Shown: positions 6,208 through 13,677 of the stretch, one piece after another | How the letters are laid out: each line of letters begins with the position of its first letter | Position numbering within the stretch: position 1 is the first letter of the stretch | From: Candidatus Micrarchaeota archaeon | GTDB taxonomy: Archaea; Micrarchaeota; Micrarchaeia; Micrarchaeales; CABMGC01 | Length of the DNA stretch: 13,692 nucleotides | Direction of reading: 5' to 3' | Assembly (NCBI GenBank): GCA_027319905.1 | Contig: DAHVMJ010000018.1 | Span: forward strand, 1-13,692 | Notes under the pieces: generated by a model | What the model was told of the DNA's origin: nothing | Databases searched by the model: none | The model's input: the letters and a program-made list of their open reading frames with translations, nothing else | Position numbers and translations under genes: made by a program

Positions 6208-7413
6208 TTATCCGCGTTTGACAAATTCTTCTATCAGCACCGTGGCGTACGAGCCTTTTGGAAGGGAGAAGCTGAGCCTGAGCACGTCGTTGCCGAGTGA
6301 GTATGTCAGATCCTTCACAGGGCAGAGTAGAGGTCTGTGTGCCCCCTTCATCGAGAGTTCGGGCATCGGCTTGATCGCGAACGCGTCCTTTGATATCTGC
6401 ATGCGCTCCAGCGAAGCCCTGGCGTATTCGCCAAGCTCCTCCTCCTTGGTCTCGTATCCGACGATAGCCCCCAAAGGAAACTCGAGGCCCGCTCCGACAT
6501 GCTCCATGTCGGGAAAGCCGTAGAAATCCGCTCCTGCAGACACGGCGCTCTTGAAGTCCATCTTCCTTATCCTCGCCTCGAGCTCGTCGTTGAAGATGCG
6601 AGACTGCACGGCGTGTATGAACATCATCGATATGCCCCTCGGCAGCAGCCTGAGCGCGTTCGCGTAGTTGCCTGGATAGCGGGAGAGGTAGTAGAGCACC
6701 TTCCTCTCGCCGCGCAGGTATCTCGGAAAACCCTTCAGCGCCTCGGCGAAATCCAGCGTCTCCCTCAGCCGGGTCCTCGCCTCGGTCACTGTCTTGTTCC
6801 TCTCATTTGCGGTGGAGGTGAGATACTCGAGCACAGCGCCTTCGAAGTCGCCCTCGAGAATAGCGGCGCCTATGTCCGCGTTGTTGCCCCTTCCTCCGAA
6901 CCTCTGCTCGCCGAAGTAGTTGGGCATGCGGCCGTTGAGCTCCCCGGCTATCGCCTCCGCGTTCCCCGCCTGTGATGCGTCCTCGATGCTAACCTCGAAC
7001 GCGTTGCCCAGCTCCTGCCCCAGCTCCACGCCGTTGCTCCTCCACTGCCCGTTTATGCTTATGTCGCTTATGTGCACGCTGCGCATATCGAAGTCAGTGG
7101 GATGGAAGACGCTCGCGAGCTGCACGCTCACTGACTTCTTGTCCTTGGAGCCCGCGTACGCTATGGACTTGCGTCCGTGGCCCATCTTCTTTGCTATCGC
7201 GATCAGCGCGTCTACCGTGTTCCAGTCCCTCTTCTGGAGCACGAAGGTTATGTGCTTGCCGTCATGCGCCTCCTCCGCGCCAAGCGACGCTGCGTCGTAT
7301 GCGGTGTTGGGCTGCAGCACCACGCCCCTGCTCGTTATCTCCTTTACGATGAAATCTTCCGGAGATTTCTTGATGGAGCCGCCCGTGCCCGCGTGTCTGC
7401 TTAACGTCAGCAT
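6208..7413 (-). CDS. truD: tRNA pseudouridine(13) synthase TruD
   Basis: IKKSPEDFIVKEI, AGSKDK (catalytic Asp), PNYFGEQRFG, FSLPKGSYAT. Start set at ATG 7413 because sequence from 7422 upward belongs to the IS. Confidence 0.95.
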   Translation of the reverse strand: MLTLSRHAGTGGSIKKSPEDFIVKEITSRGVVLQPNTAYDAASLGAEEAHDGKHITFVLQKRDWNTVDALIAIAKKMGHGRKSIAYAGSKDKKSVSVQLASVFHPTDFDMRSVHISDISINGQWRSNGVELGQELGNAFEVSIEDASQAGNAEAIAGELNGRMPNYFGEQRFGGRGNNADIGAAILEGDFEGAVLEYLTSTANERNKTVTEARTRLRETLDFAEALKGFPRYLRGERKVLYYLSRYPGNYANALRLLPRGISMMFIHAVQSRIFNDELEARIRKMDFKSAVSAGADFYGFPDMEHVGAGLEFPLGAIVGYETKEEELGEYARASLERMQISKDAFAIKPMPELSMKGAHRPLLCPVKDLTYSLGNDVLRLSFSLPKGSYATVLIEEFVKRG

Positions 7414-7590
7414 AAAACCATGTGACATCCTCCCACGCCTAAAGGCTGTGGGCTTCCTCCGCATTTGATATTGTGGATACTTCATGCGGAGTATGTTCTC
7501 GTTTCTGCGACCCGACTTGCGATACCTGTTGTATCGTAGAGGTCAAGTCTCCACGAGCGTGACTTACTGCGTGTCCCGCAGTAGCTCTGT
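7402..7590 (-). ncRNA. Predicted TnpB omegaRNA (reRNA): scaffold overlapping the tnpB 3' end, plus a guide from the flank
   Basis: Known TnpB architecture. Scaffold ends at the RE TCAC (7422) and the guide begins AUGGUUUUAUGCUGAC. The 5' boundary is approximate. Confidence 0.6.
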
Positions 7591-8816
7591 TGAGTATGTT
7601 CTTTGCTGCGTTTATGTCCCTGTCTGCGTGGTAGCCGCAAGCGCAGTCGAATGCCCTATCAGAAAGTGAAAGGGTTTGCGTTGCGCCACACTCGCTGCAT
7701 GTCTGCGACGTGTTACTTGGGTCTACCGCGGTCACCTTCATGCCAGCCTCTTCCGCTTTGCATGAGAGCACATGTATGAACCTGTTCCACGAGGCACCCT
7801 GTATTGACCTCGCAAGCCTGTGATTCTGAAGCAGGTTTTGTATGTGCAGCCCCTCGACTGCGAATGAGGTATACCCCGAATCAATCAGTTCGCCTACTGC
7901 CTTGAAAACAAAATCCTTTGTCTGGTTGTTCACACTCTGCCATTCCCTTTCGAGTTTGAGCTTCGCCTTCTCCCTCCTCTTCGAGCCTTTCTCCCTGCGG
8001 GCGACAATCCTCTGCCACTTGGAGATGTGCTTTTCAGCCTTCCTTGCGAAGTTGGGCTTCATCAGCTTCCTGCCGTCTGAGAGCGTGGCGAAGGTCTCCA
8101 GGCCCATGTCGATGCCGACTGGGTTCGTATCCTTGACCTTCGGAGGTTCAATCTCATTTATCGTTGAGAAGATTGCATAATACTTTCCTGCCTCCTTCTT
8201 TATCGTGAGCGTCTTGACATTTCCTTCGAGGGGCCTGTGGAGTTCTATCTTTATGCCGCCTACCTTCGAGACGCGGAGCATGTGGCATTTCCTCTCTTTG
8301 TCTATGCGGAAGCCGAACTGCGGATAGGTTATCGAAACATAACTGCCCTTCGCCTTGAAACGAGGGAAGCCTGTCTTGACCTTCTTCCCCGCCTTCCTCT
8401 CTCTGACCCTTCGGAAAAAGTTCTGGTATGCCTTGATGAGGCGGAAATATACGTCTCTCTGAACCTGTGAATAAAGTCCTGAGAATTCGTTGTTCTCGGT
8501 CTTTGCCTCCTTTAGAAATCGGTTGAATATAGAAGGTTTGATGCTGAGACTCTTGGTCTTCTGGTATTCCGCCTTTGCCTTTTCAAGGAGCTTGTTGTAA
8601 AGAAGACGAGAATTTTCTATCTGTTCATCTATCTTTCTTTGTCTTTTAGAATCAGGGTAAAGCCTATATCGGTAGGCTCTTGAAGTATCCACGTCTTCTT
8701 TTACGACCTTCAAATTATTATTTCTTTAGCCGTTATATGCGACCATGTTCATCTTCTTTTTCCGCCCTCGCTTTCATCCCACCGCTGAAGCATGCGGGAT
8801 TTCCCGCTAATCAGAG
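7422..8816 (-). mobile_element. IS200/IS605-family tnpB-only (IS1341-type) element, 1395 bp
   Basis: RE: GAAG-CCCACAGCC-TTTA-GGCGTGGG-AGGATG-TCAC. LE: TTTAA|CTCTGATTAGCGGG-AAAT-CCCGCATGC-TTCA-GCGGTGGG. No target duplication and no tnpA. Confidence 0.9.
7439..8713 (-). CDS. tnpB: RNA-guided endonuclease TnpB
   Basis: RAYRYRLYP N-terminus, GFPRFK, RuvC-I GIDMG, RuvC-II AVEGL, zinc finger CSEC...CAC, RuvC-III DRDINAA. Start is TTG 8713 or GTG 8692. Confidence 0.96.
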   Translation of the reverse strand: MKVVKEDVDTSRAYRYRLYPDSKRQRKIDEQIENSRLLYNKLLEKAKAEYQKTKSLSIKPSIFNRFLKEAKTENNEFSGLYSQVQRDVYFRLIKAYQNFFRRVRERKAGKKVKTGFPRFKAKGSYVSITYPQFGFRIDKERKCHMLRVSKVGGIKIELHRPLEGNVKTLTIKKEAGKYYAIFSTINEIEPPKVKDTNPVGIDMGLETFATLSDGRKLMKPNFARKAEKHISKWQRIVARREKGSKRREKAKLKLEREWQSVNNQTKDFVFKAVGELIDSGYTSFAVEGLHIQNLLQNHRLARSIQGASWNRFIHVLSCKAEEAGMKVTAVDPSNTSQTCSECGATQTLSLSDRAFDCACGYHADRDINAAKNILNRATAGHAVSHARGDLTSTIQQVSQVGSQKREHTPHEVSTISNAEEAHSL

Positions 8817-8863
8817 TTAAATAGGATAATAAAGCATAGTATTCCTATTATTTAGGGGTTACT

Positions 8864-9676
8864 TTGGCGGAGCATGCGATAGCCGAAAGGTTGCTCTACA
8901 GGCTGATAAGAAGGCACATAGCAGGCACAACCATGAGCTCCGCGATCGAGAAGGCGAGGGAGCTGAACGACAGGAAGCTGCCGGTCTCGATAGCATTCCT
9001 GAGCGAGAGCGCGCACGACAGCACCAAGGCAAGATACGCAACCACGACGTACCTTGAGCTGATAAGGCGCATCGCAAGGCTGGGCTTGAAGGCGAGCATA
9101 CAGGTGCCCCTGGACCAGATAGGCTTCGACATATCCGACGAGGTAGCGGAGAAGAATGTGAACGAGATACTGACAACGGCGAGGAACTACGGAGTGTTCG
9201 TATGGCTGGAGATACGCGACCACAGGTCCGCGCTCCCTGCATTTTTGCAGGAGGCAAAGGGCGTGGGCTACGCAGTGAGCATAGACCGCTCCGAAGACTA
9301 CATACGCGAGAACAGGGGTCAGATAAAGGCGATAAAGATGCTGTGCGCAGAGGCGCACGGCGACGGCAAGGATGCGGGCAAGAGGGTTTTAGGGCGCGTG
9401 AAGAGCGCCACAAGACTCGTGAAGAACGCGGTGGTGCAGTCTGCACCAGAAACGGCGTTGCGCTCCCTGCTGAACGGCAGCGGCATGAAGAAGTCGATAA
9501 TATTCGAACTGCAGCTCGGTTACAGCGGAAAGAAGATGAGCATGATAGTGAAGAGGGGAGGGAGGGTTAGCGTGTACATTCCGTTCGGCAAGGACTGGGA
9601 GCACTACGCTGTCAGCAGGACTCCCGAGAGATACGCAAGATTCCTGGCGACAAGGATACTGAAGGAGGCACGCTAG
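8864..9676 (+). CDS. Proline dehydrogenase-fold protein with degenerate active site
   Basis: RRHIAGTTMSSAIEKARELN, LDQIG and VSVYIPFGKDW follow monofunctional PRODH in order and spacing. Central catalytic motifs have diverged. Confidence 0.78.
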   Translation: MAEHAIAERLLYRLIRRHIAGTTMSSAIEKARELNDRKLPVSIAFLSESAHDSTKARYATTTYLELIRRIARLGLKASIQVPLDQIGFDISDEVAEKNVNEILTTARNYGVFVWLEIRDHRSALPAFLQEAKGVGYAVSIDRSEDYIRENRGQIKAIKMLCAEAHGDGKDAGKRVLGRVKSATRLVKNAVVQSAPETALRSLLNGSGMKKSIIFELQLGYSGKKMSMIVKRGGRVSVYIPFGKDWEHYAVSRTPERYARFLATRILKEAR

Positions 9677-9677
9677 T

Positions 9678-10643
9678 ATGCAGCAGGACAACGCCCATGC
9701 AGAGACAGTTTTCGTCACAGGCGCTACCGGCAGGCTGGGCCACGCGATGGTCAGGGCGCTCGTAGACAGCGGATCAAACGTGAGGGCGCTGACGACAGCG
9801 AATGAAAGGGTGAGAAGCATGCGTCCAGGAACCGTTCCGTTCATAGGCACCCTGAGCGACACGGAGGTGCTGGAAGAGGGCTGCGACGGAGCAGACGTCG
9901 TATTCCACTTCGCGGCAGTGGTGCACGTGGCAAGAACCCCGGCGGAGGTGGTGATGGCGACTAACGTAGAGGGCACGAAGAACGTAGTCGAGGCGTGCAG
10001 GAAGCAGGGGGTCAAACACATGATATTCACGAGCAGCATAAGCGTCTACGGGGGCAAGAGGGCCGGATCGCTCACTGAGGAAGCGAAGACGATGCCGTCT
10101 GACAAATACGGCTACAGCAAGATGCTGGCCGAGCAGGAGATAATCAGGAGCGGGGTGCCGTACACCATACTGAGACTCGCGAACATCTACGGGCCGGGAT
10201 TCGAGCGCTCCTTCTTCAAGGTCTTCAGGGCGGTGCAGGAGGGGAAGATGGTGATAATAGGCAACGGCCAGAACCGCATGGCGCTCGTGCACATAGAGGA
10301 CGTGATAAAGGCGATGATGCTGATCAAGGACAACCCGCAGATAAGCACTGGCAAGATCTACAACGTGGGCGACGGGGCTGTGTACACGCAGGAAGGCCTC
10401 ATAGACCTCGCCGCGGAGTTGCTCAACGTGAAGAAGCCGACGAGGCACGTTCAGGAGCTGCTCGTCAGGATGCTTGCCAAATCGAAGGATCTGGACAGCG
10501 ACGAGCTCAGGTTCCTCACAGGCGACAGGGTCATAGACATAAGCAAGATAAGGAAGGAGCTGGGCTTCACCCCTGACATAGACATACGCACTGGTGGCAG
10601 GGAGATGGTAAACGATTTCTTAAATAAGGCCAAGGTGAAATAG
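9678..10643 (+). CDS. NAD-dependent epimerase/dehydratase (extended SDR)
   Basis: TGATGRLG (GxxGxxG), HFAA, NVEGT, TSSISVYG, YGYSK (YxxxK), LRLANIYGPG. Confidence 0.93.
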   Translation: MQQDNAHAETVFVTGATGRLGHAMVRALVDSGSNVRALTTANERVRSMRPGTVPFIGTLSDTEVLEEGCDGADVVFHFAAVVHVARTPAEVVMATNVEGTKNVVEACRKQGVKHMIFTSSISVYGGKRAGSLTEEAKTMPSDKYGYSKMLAEQEIIRSGVPYTILRLANIYGPGFERSFFKVFRAVQEGKMVIIGNGQNRMALVHIEDVIKAMMLIKDNPQISTGKIYNVGDGAVYTQEGLIDLAAELLNVKKPTRHVQELLVRMLAKSKDLDSDELRFLTGDRVIDISKIRKELGFTPDIDIRTGGREMVNDFLNKAKVK

Positions 10644-10652
10644 GTTTTGGGT

Positions 10653-11444
10653 ATGGCTGTGAAAATAGGAAAGGTTGAACGATACATAAACGACACGCTT
10701 GAGAGCAGGGGCTCGATGCTCTTCATGCTCATCGATCCGGTGGATTACAAGACGCCTCAGGACGCGATAAAGACAGGAGTAGAGAGCGCCGAGGGCGGAG
10801 CCGACGTTGTGCTGATAGGCGGCAGCATAGGCGCTCAGGGAGAGCTTCTGGAAACGGTAACAAAGGGAATCAAGGAGAAGTCAAGCGTTCCAGTCGTGCT
10901 GTTCCCTGGCAATCTCGCGACGGTAACGAAATACGCAGATGCATTCTACTTCCTCTCTCTGCTCAACGCGAGGAACCCGTACTGGATAACGCAGGTGCAG
11001 ATGCTGGGAGCGCCGCTGATAAAGCAGCTCAACATAGAGCCGCTGCCCGTGGGCTATATTGTGGTGGAGCCCGGAGGCACGGTCGGGTGGGTGGGCGACG
11101 CCAACCTCGTTCCGAGGGCGAAGCCGAGAATAGCCGCTGCGCTCGCAACGGCCGGGGAGTTCATGGGCCACAGGCTGATAATAACCGACGCCGGGTCGAA
11201 CCCTCAGCTGCAGGGATTCGGACCAATACCTCCCAACATCATAAGCGCAGTGAAGAGCTCGATAAACGTTCCATACATCGTGGGCGGCGGGATAAGAACA
11301 ACGGAACAGCTGCACACGGCCTACAAGGCTGGTGCAGACATAGTGCAGATAGGGGCAGTGCTCGAAGAGAAGAACGGAGGCACGAAGGCGATGGTGTCGA
11401 AGTTCGCCAGGGTAACCAAGGAAGAAGGCAGGAAGAAGAGGTAG
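10653..11444 (+). CDS. Geranylgeranylglyceryl phosphate synthase (GGGPS/PcrB family)
   Basis: LIDP, ADVVLIGGS, PVVLFPG, SLLNARNPYWI, GYIVVEPGGTVGWVG, IVGGGIRT, GADIVQIG. Confidence 0.95.
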   Translation: MAVKIGKVERYINDTLESRGSMLFMLIDPVDYKTPQDAIKTGVESAEGGADVVLIGGSIGAQGELLETVTKGIKEKSSVPVVLFPGNLATVTKYADAFYFLSLLNARNPYWITQVQMLGAPLIKQLNIEPLPVGYIVVEPGGTVGWVGDANLVPRAKPRIAAALATAGEFMGHRLIITDAGSNPQLQGFGPIPPNIISAVKSSINVPYIVGGGIRTTEQLHTAYKAGADIVQIGAVLEEKNGGTKAMVSKFARVTKEEGRKKR

Positions 11445-11451
11445 TGCGGCT

Positions 11452-12303
11452 GTGCCAAGCAAGATACGCGCCCTATCGTCCGCTGAACTGCAGGTCATAG
11501 CAGGAGAGCTGGGCGTGCTTGTCTCCTCGTATTTCAAGAACTTCTACGAGTTGGGGGATGGCGCGTTCCTCCTAACTTTCTCCAAGGAACGAAAGGAGGT
11601 TGCGGTTTACGTCAACCTCGCGAACACGATAAACCTGACTGAGTTCAGAGAACGGGTGACCGCGCCCACGGAATTCGCGCTCGCGGCGAGGAAGAAGCTG
11701 GACGGGAGCAGGGTGGAGACAGTGGAGCAGCACGGTTCTGACAGGATAATCGTGATCTGGTTCGCGGGCAGGGAGAAAAGAAGGCTGATAATAGAGATGT
11801 TCGGGGGCGGAAACCTGCTCATCGTCAACAGCGAGGGAAAGATAGAGCAGGTATACAGCGGCAGGGACTTCAAGGAGAGGAGTGTCAAGAAGGGCGCGCA
11901 GTACGCATACCCGCAGCAGCACGGCAAACCGGCTACGGAAGCCGTATCTGACAGGATGAAAGAGGTTGGGGAAGGCAGGTTCAAAACGCTGAGCGCGTTG
12001 ATGGACAGCCTGTATGCAGAAGAGAGATCTGTTGCGGAGAGCCCAGAAAAGGCGAGAGAGCTCGCGGAACTGGCCGCAAGCGTGGATAAGCTGAGGAAGC
12101 AGGTGATCGAGATGAGCGAGAAGGGAGAGGAGTACAAAAAGGTGGCCAACGCGATATACGCGCACCTGCATGAGATAAATGAGACGCTCGAGGGCGTGAG
12201 AAAGAGCAAGGCCAGAAGCGCGGAGGAGCTGCAGGCACGTGGGGGCATAAAGGTAAAAAAGCTTGACGCGAAGAAGAAAAGCATAACGATAGAGCTAGAA
12301 TGA
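11452..12303 (+). CDS. Rqc2/RqcH (NFACT/FbpA) N-terminal part
   Basis: FALAARKKLDG, VEQHGSDRII and LIIEMFGGGNLLIV form the NFACT-N signature, followed by a coiled coil. No NFACT-R domain. GTG start. Confidence 0.85.
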   Translation: MPSKIRALSSAELQVIAGELGVLVSSYFKNFYELGDGAFLLTFSKERKEVAVYVNLANTINLTEFRERVTAPTEFALAARKKLDGSRVETVEQHGSDRIIVIWFAGREKRRLIIEMFGGGNLLIVNSEGKIEQVYSGRDFKERSVKKGAQYAYPQQHGKPATEAVSDRMKEVGEGRFKTLSALMDSLYAEERSVAESPEKARELAELAASVDKLRKQVIEMSEKGEEYKKVANAIYAHLHEINETLEGVRKSKARSAEELQARGGIKVKKLDAKKKSITIELE

Positions 12304-12307
12304 GCGC

Positions 12308-13201
12308 ATGCAGATAAAGACAATAATACTGGGCACGGCGGGCTCCGCACCGACGATAACCAGGAAGATGCCCAGCGTCGCTGTGATCTACGAAGGCGAC
12401 GTCCTGCTTTTTGACTGTGGAGAGGGGACGCAGTTCCGCATGCTCGATTACGGGATAAACCCGGTCAGGGTGAAGGCGATATTCGTGAGCCACGCGCACG
12501 GCGACCACACGATAGGGATAGCGGGACTGGTGCGCACGATGGGGATGAACAACAGGAGGGAGCCGCTTGAAATATTTGTGCCTGCAGGGGACGAGCGTGT
12601 CATACAAAGTTTGATAACATTCGACAGGGCGCTCATCGGATACAAGATCGTGATAAAGGGGGTTAGGTCAGGAGTTGTGTACTCCGGCAGGGACTACGAG
12701 GTGCTGGCCTTCAAGTTGAGGCACACGATACCCACATACGGCTACGTGTTCAGGGAGACGCGCAAGCTGAGGTTCAAGAAGGAACTGGCAAAGAGGCTGG
12801 GGCTAAAAGGGGAGATGTTTGCGGAACTCAAGAAGAAGGGCAGGATAAAGGTAGGAAAGAAGACGGTGGCGCTAAGCCAAGTCACCTGGGAGCAGGAAGG
12901 AAAGAAGATCGTCTACGCAACCGATACGCGCCCGACGCCGAGCACGATCGTGGCCGCGAAGAACGCGGACCTGCTCATACACGAGTCATCATACAAGGCC
13001 TCTGAGATCGGGCTGGCGAGGCAGAGGATGCACTCATCTGCGGGGGAGGTGGCCGCGCTCGCGAAGCGCGCACACGTTAAGAGGCTGGTGCTTACGCACA
13101 TAAGCGCGAGACACAGGACGGACGCCGAGCTGCTGCGCGACGCAAAGAGGATTTTCAGCAATTCTGTCGTTGCAAAAGACGGCTACACCCTGGTTATTTA
13201 A
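12308..13201 (+). CDS. rnz: Ribonuclease Z
   Basis: LGTAGSAPT, FDCGEGTQ, SHAHGDH (HxHxDH), exosite arm, YATDTRP, LIHESSY, HSS, LTHISAR. Confidence 0.97.
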   Translation: MQIKTIILGTAGSAPTITRKMPSVAVIYEGDVLLFDCGEGTQFRMLDYGINPVRVKAIFVSHAHGDHTIGIAGLVRTMGMNNRREPLEIFVPAGDERVIQSLITFDRALIGYKIVIKGVRSGVVYSGRDYEVLAFKLRHTIPTYGYVFRETRKLRFKKELAKRLGLKGEMFAELKKKGRIKVGKKTVALSQVTWEQEGKKIVYATDTRPTPSTIVAAKNADLLIHESSYKASEIGLARQRMHSSAGEVAALAKRAHVKRLVLTHISARHRTDAELLRDAKRIFSNSVVAKDGYTLVI

Positions 13202-13225
13202 CCTTAACAGCGAAGAATTTTTCAC

Positions 13226-13296
13226 GGAGGCATCGTCTAGTGGCAGGACGGCAGATTGACATTCTGCAAGCACGAGTCCGATTCTCGTTGCCTCCA
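13226..13296 (+). tRNA. tRNA-Val(GAC)
   Basis: GGAGGCA/TGCCTCC acceptor, GTCT/GGAC D-stem, GCAGA-TT GAC AT-TCTGC, ACGAG-TCCGATT-CTCGT, discriminator A. TTATTTAA at -32 and a T-tract downstream. Confidence 0.9.
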
Positions 13297-13555
13297 CTTT
13301 TTCACTACCATTTCACCAGCTCCAGCGATACTTAGCTCGTTCTCCTATAAAAGCGGGTATTGTCCGAATATCACGCCCAGCGTTACCCAGTTCTTCGCAG
13401 AAGCACTTTTTGAGGGGTTAGCATGCGCTCAGGTGCATATATCGCTCGGGGCTTCTTGGGAAGCCCCTCGCTCTCCAGAGCAGGCGCCAGAGCCTTATCA
13501 GCTCAACCAGCTATGCCAGAGCAGGCTTATAAGAGCGAGCCGAGCACGGAGCGAG

Positions 13556-13645
13556 GCGAGCGGGGGCATAGACCTATTACGGCTACGTCCAGCGCGGGTA
13601 ATAGGCTTGGCAAGCCTGCGTCCTACCAGGCTAGACTACGCTCGC
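13556..13645 (-). other. tRNA-Gly(GCC) 5' portion without a T-arm (split tRNA half, tRNA-like RNA or pseudo-tRNA)
   Basis: Minus strand reads GCGAGCG-TA-GTCT-AGCCTGGTA-GGAC-G-CAGGC-TT GCC AA-GCCT (13645-13603), then non-tRNA sequence. The acceptor complement CGCTCGC is at 13562-13556. Confidence 0.8.
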
Positions 13646-13669
13646 ACTCTTTTTGTTCCCCAATTCACG

Positions 13670-13677
13670 CTTTTATA
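13670..13677 (-). promoter_or_regulatory. Putative TATA box upstream of the tRNA-Gly fragment
   Basis: GAAGG-TATAAAAG on the minus strand, with TATA beginning 32 nt upstream of G1 (13645). Confidence 0.65.

Noticed and set aside
7414..7485. 24-aa N-terminal extension of TruD in the ORF track
   Set aside because: Mostly encoded by the IS right end and overlapping tnpB. TruD similarity begins at ATG 7413.
7422..8816. The IS as a self-removing intron (IStron or BHB intron)
   Set aside because: Only about 100 nt precede tnpB, too little for a group I core, and the junctions do not form a bulge-helix-bulge.
13034..13297. Minus-strand ORF and a minus-strand tRNA-Asp(GTC) reading
   Set aside because: Antisense of rnz and tRNA-Val. 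The D-loop GG, U8 and T-loop fit only the plus strand.
13300..13600. RNase P RNA, SRP RNA or group I intron
   Set aside because: CAGAGCAGGCTTA resembles the RNase P 3' P4 strand, but no GAGGAAAGTCC-like partner is present. I saw no SRP helix-8 motif, group I P7 motif or U-G splice-site pair.
13521..13607. Canonical 37/38 intron in tRNA-Gly rejoining at the downstream AAGCCTGC
   Set aside because: No BHB helix with the anticodon loop, and no T-arm or acceptor strand follows that site.
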